A stretch of DNA of 24,040 bases from positions 1 through 24,040 of the IMG/VR virus record IMGVR_UViG_3300027373_000020; one strand, written 5' to 3'. The notes beneath the pieces were generated by a model. The model searched no databases, was not told the origin of the DNA, and saw only the letters and a program-made list of their open reading frames with translations. Shown one piece after another: positions 7,671 through 16,808 of this stretch. Each line of letters begins with the position of its first letter. Positions within the stretch are counted from its first letter, which is position 1. This DNA comes from a virus. Its lineage: Duplodnaviria; Caudoviricetes. The position numbers and the translations under genes were made by a program.

Positions 7671-10600
7671 TCACCCTGTTTTTGCAATCGCCTTCGTTTC
7701 TTTATCGGCCATGATCTTAAAATCCTGGTAAACCCATTTACCTGATACACCCTCTCTCATCAACTTTTCAGCAGCATCCGAAAAGCGGTTCATAGCATCA
7801 ATCATTTCCGGATCCGCATCACGCCCGGTTTGATTAACCTTTGTGGGTTGTGGTTGTCCAGGTGCCAAACGTGGCGTTGTGCTTTCAATCACTGCAGGCA
7901 AATTAATATGCCGTGCCGTGCCGGCACGCTGGGCATAATCAATCAGGTTCAGAATCGGCCTGATGGTGGGGTTTCGGTTTGCTGCAGCATTAGCCACAAA
8001 TTCATTCGCATGAACCACACCTACAGCTTTGTAATCATCAGGATCTTCATCGGTAAAACCCCCAGCGTAAAACTGAGGCGGTTTTTGTGCAATAATAACA
8101 GCTGTTTCGGCGGCACCCATTATACCTGCCGCGATAGCCCTTGGAATTGCAGTTACAGGATCACCTCCGGATAGCTGCGTTAGAACCGCCATGGCTGTTT
8201 TCATTATTGCCGAAACAATATTGGCCGCTTTCTCTTTCTTCCATGCTTCGAGCTTCATTTGTGCTTCGCGCTTCCGGTATTTCTCATTAATTTTTGCTCT
8301 TTGTTCCTCGGTTAAATTGGTATTTGCCAATTCGGCCTCCCTTTGAGCATTAAGCGATGCAAGCTTTGCATCAAGCTCAGCCTGCTGCCTGTTTTTAATG
8401 ATATCAAAAATTGCATTTTGTGTCGAATTGGCAATATCTAAAGCAGCATTTTTCCAGGCTTCTTGCTTTGCCTGTTCAGCATCCCATTTAGCCTGAGGAT
8501 CTTCATTATTATTTTTGAGCTTTGATTCCTGGGGTCTGACATTGAACCAGGGTTTATCTTCAAGTTTTTTAGGCGTTGGGATTCCTGACATCCTGCCTAT
8601 TTCAACCGCAATGTTCTTAATGCTTTGCTCAACCCTTGCGAGTTCTGCCCGGTCCTTCACCAATTGCCTTATCATACTTTCGGGCACCGGCTGATTGGCC
8701 AGAATAAGCTTTCTGATCGCATCCTCAGTTTTCTTAATCCTGTCGGTCAAAGCTGCAAACTGATCTATTGGGCCACTCAGGTCATTAGCAAGCGCCTCGT
8801 TCAGATTATTGCTTACCGCCTTCAGTTTATCAGCAATGCGTTTATATTCCTCACTGCCTTTTTCATAATTTTTGAGAGCTGTGGTTAACAGGCGCTGTTT
8901 CTCTTCAAGCTGTGTTACTGCTTTTCCTGTAATCTGATCTGCAATACTCTCTGCATTTACTGTTTCATCAAGTCCGGAATATTGTCCCCAAAGTTGTTTT
9001 ATCTGGTCCTGCATCTGCTTAATCGAATCTGTCATTTCATCAGCTGCAGCTGCACCATTCTTCACAGCATCAAAAGCATTCCAAATATTAGCAAGGGCAG
9101 GGTTGTTCACTAATAAAACAGTGTTAACCATGCGTTGCCAAAGTGTCACGCGTGTATTATCCTGCTCAATTCTCTTTTGTGTTGCTTGCATCAAAACCAA
9201 TTCGGCTTCAGCCTGGTTCAAGGTAGCTTTTGTTTGCTCAAGCAAAGTTCTTTTTTGCTCAGCACTCATTTTGTTCAGCTGACTAATTGCGATTTCCTGA
9301 TTTTGATAGTTTATCTTTAGGTTCTGGTTGGCAATATTCAGTTTCTCAATTGCATCCAGTTTTTCTTTTTCGAGCCTCAGGCTTTCAGCACTGTATTTAT
9401 CATATAGTTTAATTGCGAAAACAAGGGCAGTAACCAAAGTAATCACAGCCCCGAGCGGATTGGCTGACAAAGCCAGGTTCCAGGCAAGCTGAGCCGATGC
9501 AGCGAGTTTTGTCGCTGTCGTTTCACCCATGGTCCAGATGATGAGCAGTTGTTTTCTGGCAGCCAATGTACTATCGGCAATGGCATTCTTAATCCTCAGG
9601 CCAATTCCTTCTTTTAACAGCAAATTATTGTAAACATGAGCAATCGACTCTGCAATGAGGGCGCTTTTTAAGGCAAGTGTTGCACCGGCTACCGCAATCA
9701 AAGCGATCTGGTATTTTACAAAAAACTCGGGGGCATACATGATAGCCCTCATAAAATAAGTAAATGCATTCGTGCTGAAAGTTATAGCAGGCGCCAACTT
9801 TTCACCAAAAGCAATCGTCACTAGCTCGGCCCTGTTTTTTGCCTGCTGAAGTTTCGTGGCATTGTTATCGGTGTTTATCGAAGCCTGTTCAAGTGCCACA
9901 CTGGTGCCGGTTACTGCTGTAGTATATTTTTTAAATTCAGCAGTGTTATTAAAAAGGATATTGGCAGCATTGATATTTTCAGTACCAAAAAGATCAGTGA
10001 GTTTGATAACATCCCATTGTGCTGCTTTCATATTTACAAAAGCCTGCTGCAACCCCACAATCGATGGTCTTAAATTTTCATCCGATTGTGTCTCAAGCTT
10101 CAGCATGATATTTCTAAGGCTTCTGCCGGCCATCTCTGGCTCTGTCATCCTCGGAGCGAGGGTTTCCAAGGCTCCGGTAAGCTCTTCAATACTTATACCA
10201 AAAGATGCTGCTACCGATCCTGCTTTTTCAAAACCGGCAGCCAGGTAATCAATCTCTCCGGCACCTTCTTTACTACCGGCAGCCAAAATATTGATAATCT
10301 TACGCGATTCTGATGCAGGGGCATTAAACTGGTTCAAAACCATTGTGAGGCCATCAACAGCAGGTTGCAGATCACCGTTTGCCGCTGCAGCTAAAATCAT
10401 CGCTTCCTGGGTAACACCATTCAGATCCTCTTTTACTTTTAGCAGTTCAGGACGCTTGCTACCCACTTTTGTATAAGCATCAACAATCTCGGTGGCTGAT
10501 GAGGCAATACGCACATTACCCTCAAGAGTGGCAGTGCTCATTTCTTTGGCTTTTTCGGTCAGCCAGTCCAAATCATCACCCACAAGGCCGGTAAGTGCCG

Positions 10601-11135
10601 AGAGGTTGTCAACCCTTTTCTCAAACACATTAAAAGTATCAACCGCCTTTCGTAAACCAAACACAACACCGGTAAATGTAGCCACGGCAGCCGTAGCTAT
10701 GCCAAAATACCTGTTGAAGCCATCAGCGAGTTTCTTAATACCACCCGTGTGCTCCCTGGAACGACCAACAGCCTTATCAAGCTCGGACGACAATAATGCT
10801 GCCTGGTTTTTCTTTTCGCCTAAACCCGGATCATTCCTTTTCATTGATCTGATTTCCGAATTGACCTTTTTTAATGCTTTTTCAAGCTCTATGACTGAGG
10901 CCCCGGATAGATTTTTAAGCACTTTATCAACCTCAAATATGCCCCTTTCTAACTTTTTTGATTCGCCGGTAAGCTTATTTATTTGCTTATCAAGCTTCGT
11001 ATAAGCTGTAACATCTTTATCCTGGAAGGCTTTGTCTCTAAGACGAATAAGTTCTTGTAACTGACCTTCAATTTCTTTAAGTCTGGCCTTGGCATCCTCG
11101 TTGTTTATTCCAACATAAAGATTAGCTTGTTTCAT
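7671..11135 (-). CDS. Tail tape measure protein (TP901-type core)
   Basis: ~1154 aa helical; core motifs (NILAAGSKEGA, SIEELTGALETL, AGRSLRNIMLKL, LFGTEN), hydrophobic ANPLG region, C-terminal FYAGGFT...GVVHANEFV. ATG at 11135 preferred over GTG at 11138. Confidence 0.92.
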   Translation of the reverse strand: MKQANLYVGINNEDAKARLKEIEGQLQELIRLRDKAFQDKDVTAYTKLDKQINKLTGESKKLERGIFEVDKVLKNLSGASVIELEKALKKVNSEIRSMKRNDPGLGEKKNQAALLSSELDKAVGRSREHTGGIKKLADGFNRYFGIATAAVATFTGVVFGLRKAVDTFNVFEKRVDNLSALTGLVGDDLDWLTEKAKEMSTATLEGNVRIASSATEIVDAYTKVGSKRPELLKVKEDLNGVTQEAMILAAAANGDLQPAVDGLTMVLNQFNAPASESRKIINILAAGSKEGAGEIDYLAAGFEKAGSVAASFGISIEELTGALETLAPRMTEPEMAGRSLRNIMLKLETQSDENLRPSIVGLQQAFVNMKAAQWDVIKLTDLFGTENINAANILFNNTAEFKKYTTAVTGTSVALEQASINTDNNATKLQQAKNRAELVTIAFGEKLAPAITFSTNAFTYFMRAIMYAPEFFVKYQIALIAVAGATLALKSALIAESIAHVYNNLLLKEGIGLRIKNAIADSTLAARKQLLIIWTMGETTATKLAASAQLAWNLALSANPLGAVITLVTALVFAIKLYDKYSAESLRLEKEKLDAIEKLNIANQNLKINYQNQEIAISQLNKMSAEQKRTLLEQTKATLNQAEAELVLMQATQKRIEQDNTRVTLWQRMVNTVLLVNNPALANIWNAFDAVKNGAAAADEMTDSIKQMQDQIKQLWGQYSGLDETVNAESIADQITGKAVTQLEEKQRLLTTALKNYEKGSEEYKRIADKLKAVSNNLNEALANDLSGPIDQFAALTDRIKKTEDAIRKLILANQPVPESMIRQLVKDRAELARVEQSIKNIAVEIGRMSGIPTPKKLEDKPWFNVRPQESKLKNNNEDPQAKWDAEQAKQEAWKNAALDIANSTQNAIFDIIKNRQQAELDAKLASLNAQREAELANTNLTEEQRAKINEKYRKREAQMKLEAWKKEKAANIVSAIMKTAMAVLTQLSGGDPVTAIPRAIAAGIMGAAETAVIIAQKPPQFYAGGFTDEDPDDYKAVGVVHANEFVANAAANRNPTIRPILNLIDYAQRAGTARHINLPAVIESTTPRLAPGQPQPTKVNQTGRDADPEMIDAMNRFSDAAEKLMREGVSGKWVYQDFKIMADKETKAIAKTG

Positions 11136-11138
11136 CAC

Positions 11139-11543
11139 TTATGAATTTAATTTTTCAATAACCAACTGCTCAATCTTCATTGCATGCTTTTCTTCAAGTA
11201 AATGACGGAGCACTTCAAGTTGCTTATAAAAAGTATCAGAATTAAATGGTTTAGGACGACGTTTTGTCAGACCGGCAGCAATCATTGATTCACGATTCGT
11301 TATCGTTACATTTTTACCAACACCCCAGTCCACCATGTTCAGATACCAGTTAAAGGCAAACAAAACTCTATCCGGATCGCCTTGTGCATTTGTGAATATT
11401 GTTTTAGTAAAGCTCTGCAGAGCCGCGCCTGTCGATTTTTCACTGTTTCCAACACCCAAGGCATCTGCCTTTTTCAGCCATTCTTTAATCACGATATCTG
11501 CCCAGGCTTCAACCGTTAAGGCAATATTTGTGTTTTCTGCCAT
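11139..11543 (-). CDS. Putative neck/tail completion protein (HK97 gp10-like)
   Basis: 134 aa; YLNMVDWGVG and RRPKPF motifs resemble the YxxxxExGT...xxPF pattern of neck proteins. Confidence 0.5.
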   Translation of the reverse strand: MAENTNIALTVEAWADIVIKEWLKKADALGVGNSEKSTGAALQSFTKTIFTNAQGDPDRVLFAFNWYLNMVDWGVGKNVTITNRESMIAAGLTKRRPKPFNSDTFYKQLEVLRHLLEEKHAMKIEQLVIEKLNS

Positions 11544-11546
11544 CGC

Positions 11547-11993
11547 TTAGTTGGTAAAAGCATCATGGATCATAAACCCAAACGAATAACCAAAATAGCC
11601 GTTGCCTATAGGGCCAATACCACCATAATCAATCCGGCTGTCATCCAGCCCATAGGCCGGATCGCCATAATCGCCGGCATCATTACGCAACAGGTTTATC
11701 ACCTGCAGGCCTTGTGCAAAAGCCGTTTTCTTGCAGCTCACCCGCTCGGCGCTGTTCACTATCGAAGAGGCTTTCACAAACACATAAAACACATGATACC
11801 CGCTGCGTAGCTTCCGGTCCTTCAGGTTCAGGGTGCCATCAGCATTTTCTTCAACCAGCAGACAAACCTTTGGGTTATCGCGTATATTACTCAGCATCTC
11901 TTCAAGCTGCATGATGCCCGAAACACGGTAAATCGCTTTCACATCTTCCATCAGGTCTTTTCGCTCGTCCAAATAATCGTACAGGTCAACCAT
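11547..11993 (-). CDS. Putative tail terminator / head-tail protein
   Basis: 148 aa alpha/beta protein in head-tail block; assignment from size and position. Confidence 0.45.
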   Translation of the reverse strand: MVDLYDYLDERKDLMEDVKAIYRVSGIMQLEEMLSNIRDNPKVCLLVEENADGTLNLKDRKLRSGYHVFYVFVKASSIVNSAERVSCKKTAFAQGLQVINLLRNDAGDYGDPAYGLDDSRIDYGGIGPIGNGYFGYSFGFMIHDAFTN

Positions 11994-12750
11994 TAGTCTT
12001 CAGGTTTTTAATGTATTCAATCTTGCGGTTCAGTTCATACAGGGCCTCATGCATCTCCGATGCTTTGATGATGCCGTTATCGGCCACTTTACCCTCATTC
12101 AGGTTGCTCAGTATGCCCATGATCATTTCATCAGCACTCACATCATCAGCACCCGATCCACCCTGAAACACATAGTAATATTTAGTGATCAGCCAGCTCT
12201 TAACACCAGTGTACCATAGATAAACCGAGTACTTCACCGGCATCGGAACTCGTTTAAAGCGTTTCGCCCATTGTTCAATATGCTTTCCTTCAGCCCAATC
12301 ATCGGTTTTCCGGCGATAAAAAACGGCCAGCATCTTATTCAGTGAAGCATCATCTTGTGTTTTACTAAAATCAGAGTACATCAAATCAGCAAACAGCCAC
12401 TCATCCAAACGAACACCAAACAAACGGCTGTCGCAGGCTCGATAGTTCTTTATTGCTTCCGGAGGGTTGAACAAGCCGGGTGGCTGAGTCAAAAAATCGA
12501 GCCTCGAAAGGATGTCGGTCACCATATCGCTGCTCATATAAAAGCTCTTACCCTGGTATTTGAATCGAAACCCATCCTCAGGATCATCTTCTTTTTTAGC
12601 CTTGAGCACTTTCAATCCAGTATAATTCATCAGGCAGAGCAGCTTAAGCTCAGCCGGATCAGGATGCTGAAGGATTACTTTACAGAAATACTGCAGCTGA
12701 TCAGGCCGAAGGCCAGCAAACGAAGTAGGTACTTTCAGATCTATTCTCAT
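11986..12750 (-). CDS. Conserved phage morphogenesis protein (possible tail assembly chaperone)
   Basis: 254 aa, overlaps both neighbours; function inferred from position only. Confidence 0.55.
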   Translation of the reverse strand: MRIDLKVPTSFAGLRPDQLQYFCKVILQHPDPAELKLLCLMNYTGLKVLKAKKEDDPEDGFRFKYQGKSFYMSSDMVTDILSRLDFLTQPPGLFNPPEAIKNYRACDSRLFGVRLDEWLFADLMYSDFSKTQDDASLNKMLAVFYRRKTDDWAEGKHIEQWAKRFKRVPMPVKYSVYLWYTGVKSWLITKYYYVFQGGSGADDVSADEMIMGILSNLNEGKVADNGIIKASEMHEALYELNRKIEYIKNLKTNG

Positions 12751-13574
12751 GCACCAAAAACAATAAATGGATCTTCCGAAATATCGCGTTCAGCCACCTG
12801 TGTTGCAGCATAAATCGCACTTGACTTAAACTCAGGGTATTTATCCGGATCGGCCATCAGCACCGATCGCACCCGGGCCACAAAGCTTTGCCCTGAAGCT
12901 TCGTCACCATTGGCAAAGTAGGCTAGGGCAAACCGCAGGTCAGACAGCAGTTTCTTATAATCATCAGAAAGGTCACCATCACGAAGGCCCTCAATGATTT
13001 TTTCAGAAAGTTCTTTACTGATCACCGGTTCAATCTTCAGTTTTCTCACCGAAGTCAACACGGGGATGAAAGCAATAAAATCAATCCGGTTACCGGCAAA
13101 CCTTCCGTATTTTCTGAATTCTCTGATACTGCTCACATAGTTATCATTGATCAGGGTGTAGGTTGTTGATCCTTTCCATGCGGCTTCGATATCACCATTC
13201 TCAGCTTCAAGGTATTCAAGCAGGTCCTCAATAGCCTCATCCAGTTTTGCAGCTGTGGCTGCTTTCAGTTCAGCCACACGCTGTGGCGAAGCAGGAGCCA
13301 GATTCGTATTCCTCACCACCGCAAAACCACTATCTGTTTCAAGCAGATCCAGAAACGGGATCGCCTCAAGGTAGCCTTTATATGCCACTACCGATTGAAC
13401 CATTGCCAACAAATCAGGCTCTGTTGGAGTAGCCAGGTCAAAAAGTTCGGTACCGGTGATTTCGCGTTTCACAAACCGCTCAGCAGTTGCCAGGTAAGGT
13501 TTGTACTTATCAAAGTTATCACCGGCAACCGTGGCAATCAATTGTTTCAGGGTTTCAATATTCTCAATGATCAT
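12747..13574 (-). CDS. DUF6712-like protein, probable head-tail adaptor
   Basis: 275 aa after portal; AIPFLDLLETDSGFAVVRNTNLAPASPQRV motif typical of this Bacteroidota prophage family. Confidence 0.65.
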   Translation of the reverse strand: MIIENIETLKQLIATVAGDNFDKYKPYLATAERFVKREITGTELFDLATPTEPDLLAMVQSVVAYKGYLEAIPFLDLLETDSGFAVVRNTNLAPASPQRVAELKAATAAKLDEAIEDLLEYLEAENGDIEAAWKGSTTYTLINDNYVSSIREFRKYGRFAGNRIDFIAFIPVLTSVRKLKIEPVISKELSEKIIEGLRDGDLSDDYKKLLSDLRFALAYFANGDEASGQSFVARVRSVLMADPDKYPEFKSSAIYAATQVAERDISEDPFIVFGA

Positions 13575-14926
13575 GGCGTAGGAGTTTCTGTTGCAGTGGT
13601 GGATTGTTTACCTGTTTTGTTGTTGTCGAGCGTGGTAAATTCAAAGCTTACCACCTTCCAAACAAGGTCTTTCGGAAAGTTATTAAACCGGCTAACAAGC
13701 GTTAGGGGCCTGATGAGCCTGTCGCGGTAAGGGGTCATCATGGCATCTTTGATCATGAAAAGCTCACGTTTATCGGTCCCACTCAAACTATTGCCTGCTT
13801 TACCTGGTTGGTTCCCGATCAGGCTGCCATGCACCTGCATCGAGAAGTTGATTGTGTTGGCCACTTCCGATATATCTTCAAGATATTCACCGCCTTTTAA
13901 GCCATTTTTCAACTCAACAAACTCGATGTATTTTTCTTCAATTGCTGTTGATCCTGATGGCACCATCTTTTTGAGGGCCACCAGCCCTTTACCGGCATTT
14001 TTTTCATCCGACAAAAAGGTCCGCCACTTTGCAAACTCTTCTTCCTTTCTTGCCTTTACCTTTTCGGGGTTGTTCCGGTCAATTTTTTCTTCATTGAAAA
14101 TCAAATCCCAATACTTATCCGAAACATAAATCACCCATCTCACTGCCAGGCCATTCTTCAGCAGGGCCTTTTTGAAGTTCCAGATCATGGCCGCAAAATC
14201 GTACGATCCTGAAGCAAAAATGCTCCAGAACGGTGGCTTCTGGTAGTATTCTCTTCCTGGTGTCGGGAAGCTGATCTGCAGCATGAATCTAGGTGTGCTG
14301 ATCTTCCGGTTTTTGATCCGGTTCTGTAGGTCACCCAAAGGATTATTTCGCATCAAAACATCGCTGATCACAGTATTATCAACGTTTGCTCCATCAACCC
14401 ATTTCGAGCTGTAAAAATGTCTGATGATCTCACCGGTTGCTCTGTCCTTTTCGCCCCATCGGCTGAAGGTCGCCTCTTTGTGCCTGAGGCTATACACAGC
14501 CGACATATCGCGGGTTAAAATGATTTCAGGGAAGGTGTTATAAAAGGTGGCCATATCAGCACACTGCTCAAGAAAATAGCCTGGAATATCATTGTTTTCG
14601 TAAAACTCTAAAACCCGTTCATCAATGCAAGGGGTAAACTTATCTTTACCATTTTCAGTCGATTTTATGAATGGATGCACGCCCTGGCCATACATCATTT
14701 TGATGTTGTGATCGAGGTTACTCGCAACAATTTCTGAGTCCTGTATCTTCTTTAATACTTCAGCTGGCAGGTTGTTACTCTCTCCCCATGGGACCACCTT
14801 GTATTTATCCAGTGTGATTGTGCTATCAGGATCTGTCAGCATATCAGCTGACGGAACCTGTGCAATGATTGCTTTTGCTTCAGGAAGATAGGTTAAATTA
14901 TCTATTTCAAAATTTTCGTAGCTCAT
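13571..14926 (-). CDS. Portal protein
   Basis: 451 aa; PWGESNNLP, YGQG, YYQKP.W, GSLIG, SGTDKRE motifs typical of Bacteroidota phage portals. Confidence 0.8.
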   Translation of the reverse strand: MSYENFEIDNLTYLPEAKAIIAQVPSADMLTDPDSTITLDKYKVVPWGESNNLPAEVLKKIQDSEIVASNLDHNIKMMYGQGVHPFIKSTENGKDKFTPCIDERVLEFYENNDIPGYFLEQCADMATFYNTFPEIILTRDMSAVYSLRHKEATFSRWGEKDRATGEIIRHFYSSKWVDGANVDNTVISDVLMRNNPLGDLQNRIKNRKISTPRFMLQISFPTPGREYYQKPPFWSIFASGSYDFAAMIWNFKKALLKNGLAVRWVIYVSDKYWDLIFNEEKIDRNNPEKVKARKEEEFAKWRTFLSDEKNAGKGLVALKKMVPSGSTAIEEKYIEFVELKNGLKGGEYLEDISEVANTINFSMQVHGSLIGNQPGKAGNSLSGTDKRELFMIKDAMMTPYRDRLIRPLTLVSRFNNFPKDLVWKVVSFEFTTLDNNKTGKQSTTATETPTP

Positions 14927-15144
14927 AAGGCAATCTCCTCATCATTAAATGCGATGATGGTGCAGCGCCTGATGGTGCGTATCTCATCACTTGGATTAAT
15001 TTTGATGTTCATCGTTCGGCCCCGGCTGTGCCAGCTGGTGCAAATCGCTTCTTTGGCCATAACGATATTGCCTTCCTCGGCAACAAAAGCAATCGAGAAA
15101 CTGCCCTTTTCAACAATCTTGTGAAGGTTCGAGAGTAAGATCAT
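14923..15144 (-). CDS. Small beta-rich conserved phage protein upstream of portal
   Basis: 73 aa, stop overlaps portal start; preceded by a TGTCC promoter. Confidence 0.7.
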   Translation of the reverse strand: MILLSNLHKIVEKGSFSIAFVAEEGNIVMAKEAICTSWHSRGRTMNIKINPSDEIRTIRRCTIIAFNDEEIAL

Positions 15145-15160
15145 GCCCTGTTTTTTTTAA

Positions 15161-15196
15161 CAATGATAATCAGCCCCGAAGCCTAACAAAAGGACA
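15161..15196 (-). promoter_or_regulatory. Putative phage late promoter, copy 2 (TGTCC-N23-TATCATTG)
   Basis: Immediately downstream of a terminator and upstream of the portal operon. Confidence 0.7.
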
Positions 15197-15198
15197 AT

Positions 15199-15230
15199 AA
15201 AAAAGCCCTGAATGTATCCAGGGCTTTTAT
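15199..15230 (-). terminator. Intrinsic terminator (possibly bidirectional)
   Basis: AAAAGCCCTG-aatgtatc-CAGGGCTTTT hairpin with A/T tracts on both sides. Confidence 0.8.
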
Positions 15231-15242
15231 GAGTTATTGCAG

Positions 15243-15644
15243 TCAATAATGAGGTGGGTCAAGCGTTCGGTAGGTATCGCCTTCGTTCCCATGCAGCATC
15301 TTGAGAACTGAAATTTTCTGGTGATTCATCCCAAAGTAGTTGTGTAAGCAGGTACCCGACTCATCCATCTCAATATTAGGAGGGTCATAATTACAGCTAT
15401 GAGCGCGAAGCGTCACTGCTCGGGTTATGATCGTCTCTGCAGGAGATTGAATAAGGCTTACCTGTTCAAACATCAGAGGTGAATCAACCGGCAAGGTTGC
15501 CAGTACAAAAACAGAAGCATGAGCGGTTTGCGTGTCAACCGACAGGCAAACATGCTGCACATCACCGGGCGGACCGGCATCAGCTTGCGGAGCTGCAATA
15601 AACAGCGCAAAGGCAAGGCTTAAAAGGAAAAGCAGTTTTTTCAT
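15243..15644 (-). CDS. Secreted hypothetical protein (Sec signal peptide)
   Basis: MKKLLFLLSLAFALFIAAPQADA signal peptide from ATG 15644; own promoter and terminator. Confidence 0.7.
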   Translation of the reverse strand: MKKLLFLLSLAFALFIAAPQADAGPPGDVQHVCLSVDTQTAHASVFVLATLPVDSPLMFEQVSLIQSPAETIITRAVTLRAHSCNYDPPNIEMDESGTCLHNYFGMNHQKISVLKMLHGNEGDTYRTLDPPHY

Positions 15645-15678
15645 TTCCAATGCTTTTTGGTTAATACTAATGATGCAG

Positions 15679-15714
15679 TAAACCTAAGGCAGCTGCTTCA
15701 GAATGAAAAGGACA
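15679..15714 (-). promoter_or_regulatory. Putative phage late promoter, copy 3 (TGTCC-N23-TAGGTTTA)
   Basis: Same motif and spacing as the other two copies. Confidence 0.6.
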
Positions 15715-15722
15715 TGAAAATC

Positions 15723-16364
15723 TTAAATGAATTTTCTGAAAAATCTTATAAGGCGGGGATATAGTTTAAAATTTTGCATGTCAATTATTGAAAAAGAAAT
15801 CGCTATAAACATGAGTAACATACAAAAAATCGTAATCGAAATGGCTATTATAAATACAATGCAACTATTCTCCTTAATAAGTTGAGTGTGTGTATTTGCT
15901 AAAACAATAATTGAGAATGAAATAACCAACACACCGAGACCAATAGATACAACACTAAACAATTTCAAAATATTTTTCATGGTTTGATGCTGTTCAATCG
16001 TAAGTTTCACACTATGAAAAAGATTAAACAGGTCCATAACCATAGGATTCTTAATATTTTTCTGAATTATCAAAATAAATTTATCAATCTCGAAAATCGA
16101 ATTATATGGGACCGATGTATCAGCAATAGTCTGAATACGATTTAAATTACTTCGTAAATTAAATATAATCACACGGTCATCAACGAAATTCGCTATTTCT
16201 TCTGACCGTGATATAAGATATTTCAATTTAATTATCTGTAAATCTGTATATTCTTTGATCTTATTAATTACAAAAACACCACTTAATGCTAAAAACGCAG
16301 CCAATACCTGGGCAATTGAAGAAAGTGTATAATACATCGATGTTGCAACGTCATCCATGGTCAT
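15723..16364 (-). CDS. AT-rich 3-TM membrane protein (moron)
   Basis: One N-terminal and two C-terminal TM helices; visibly lower GC than flanks; ATG 16364 or 16358 more likely than TTG 16382. Confidence 0.7.
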   Translation of the reverse strand: MTMDDVATSMYYTLSSIAQVLAAFLALSGVFVINKIKEYTDLQIIKLKYLISRSEEIANFVDDRVIIFNLRSNLNRIQTIADTSVPYNSIFEIDKFILIIQKNIKNPMVMDLFNLFHSVKLTIEQHQTMKNILKLFSVVSIGLGVLVISFSIIVLANTHTQLIKENSCIVFIIAISITIFCMLLMFIAISFSIIDMQNFKLYPRLIRFFRKFI

Positions 16365-16371
16365 CTTAGAT

Positions 16372-16590
16372 TTAAACTTCAATCCTGATCTTCATCCCAA
16401 TCACTTCACATAGCTTAATGAACACATCAAGATCAGGAGCGTATTTCCCTTTAAAAAGCCGGTCAATAGTGAATGGTCTATATCCAGTCTTTTCTGCAAT
16501 TTCTTCAATGGTTATACCTTTCGATTCTGCTGCTTTTCGCAGCTGATCCATCAATTGCTTTGAAGCTTCAATGTATTTTTCATCTTTCAT
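16372..16590 (-). CDS. XRE/Cro-type HTH regulator
   Basis: LRKAAESKGITIEEIAEKTGYRPFTIDRLFKGKYAPDLDVFIKLCEVIG fits the HTH_3 pattern. Confidence 0.88.
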   Translation of the reverse strand: MKDEKYIEASKQLMDQLRKAAESKGITIEEIAEKTGYRPFTIDRLFKGKYAPDLDVFIKLCEVIGMKIRIEV

Positions 16591-16594
16591 ATTC

Positions 16595-16602
16595 CAAAAT
16601 TA
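16595..16602 (-). promoter_or_regulatory. Bacteroidota sigma-A -7 box (TAATTTTG)
   Basis: Perfect TAnnTTTG 4 nt before the HTH ATG. Confidence 0.6.
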
Positions 16603-16637
16603 AGTAATAATATCATTCAACAGAAAATCCAAACGCC

Positions 16638-16730
16638 GCAGCTCTGCTGCATGGCACAATCTGTGAGCGCACAAATAAAACACAAGTCCCTTCGCGCTCA
16701 CTCCATGCCCGCCGTAGCGAAGCGAAGGCG
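16638..16730. other. GC-rich hairpin cluster, ssi/sso-like
   Basis: GCATGG..GTGAGCGC pairs with GCGCTCAC.CCATGC; GCAGC-tct-GCTGC; CGCC..TAGCGAAGCGAA..GGCG. Confidence 0.5.
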
Positions 16731-16735
16731 CGCCG

Positions 16736-16776
16736 CAAAAAATGAGGGGGTAAGCATGGTTTTCATGCTTCCCCTC
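16736..16776 (-). terminator. Intrinsic terminator after the ArdC-like gene
   Basis: Minus strand GAGGGGAAGCATG-aaaac-CATGCTTacCCCCTC followed by aTTTTTT. Confidence 0.7.
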
Positions 16777-16808
16777 TTGGTTAAAAAATCTAATTATGTA
16801 TTAGGTTT

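Noticed and set aside
11139-12750. Programmed -1 frameshift tail chaperone pair before the tape measure
   Set aside because: No clear G/GT-type overlapping ORF pair or convincing slippery site at a gene end was found by eye
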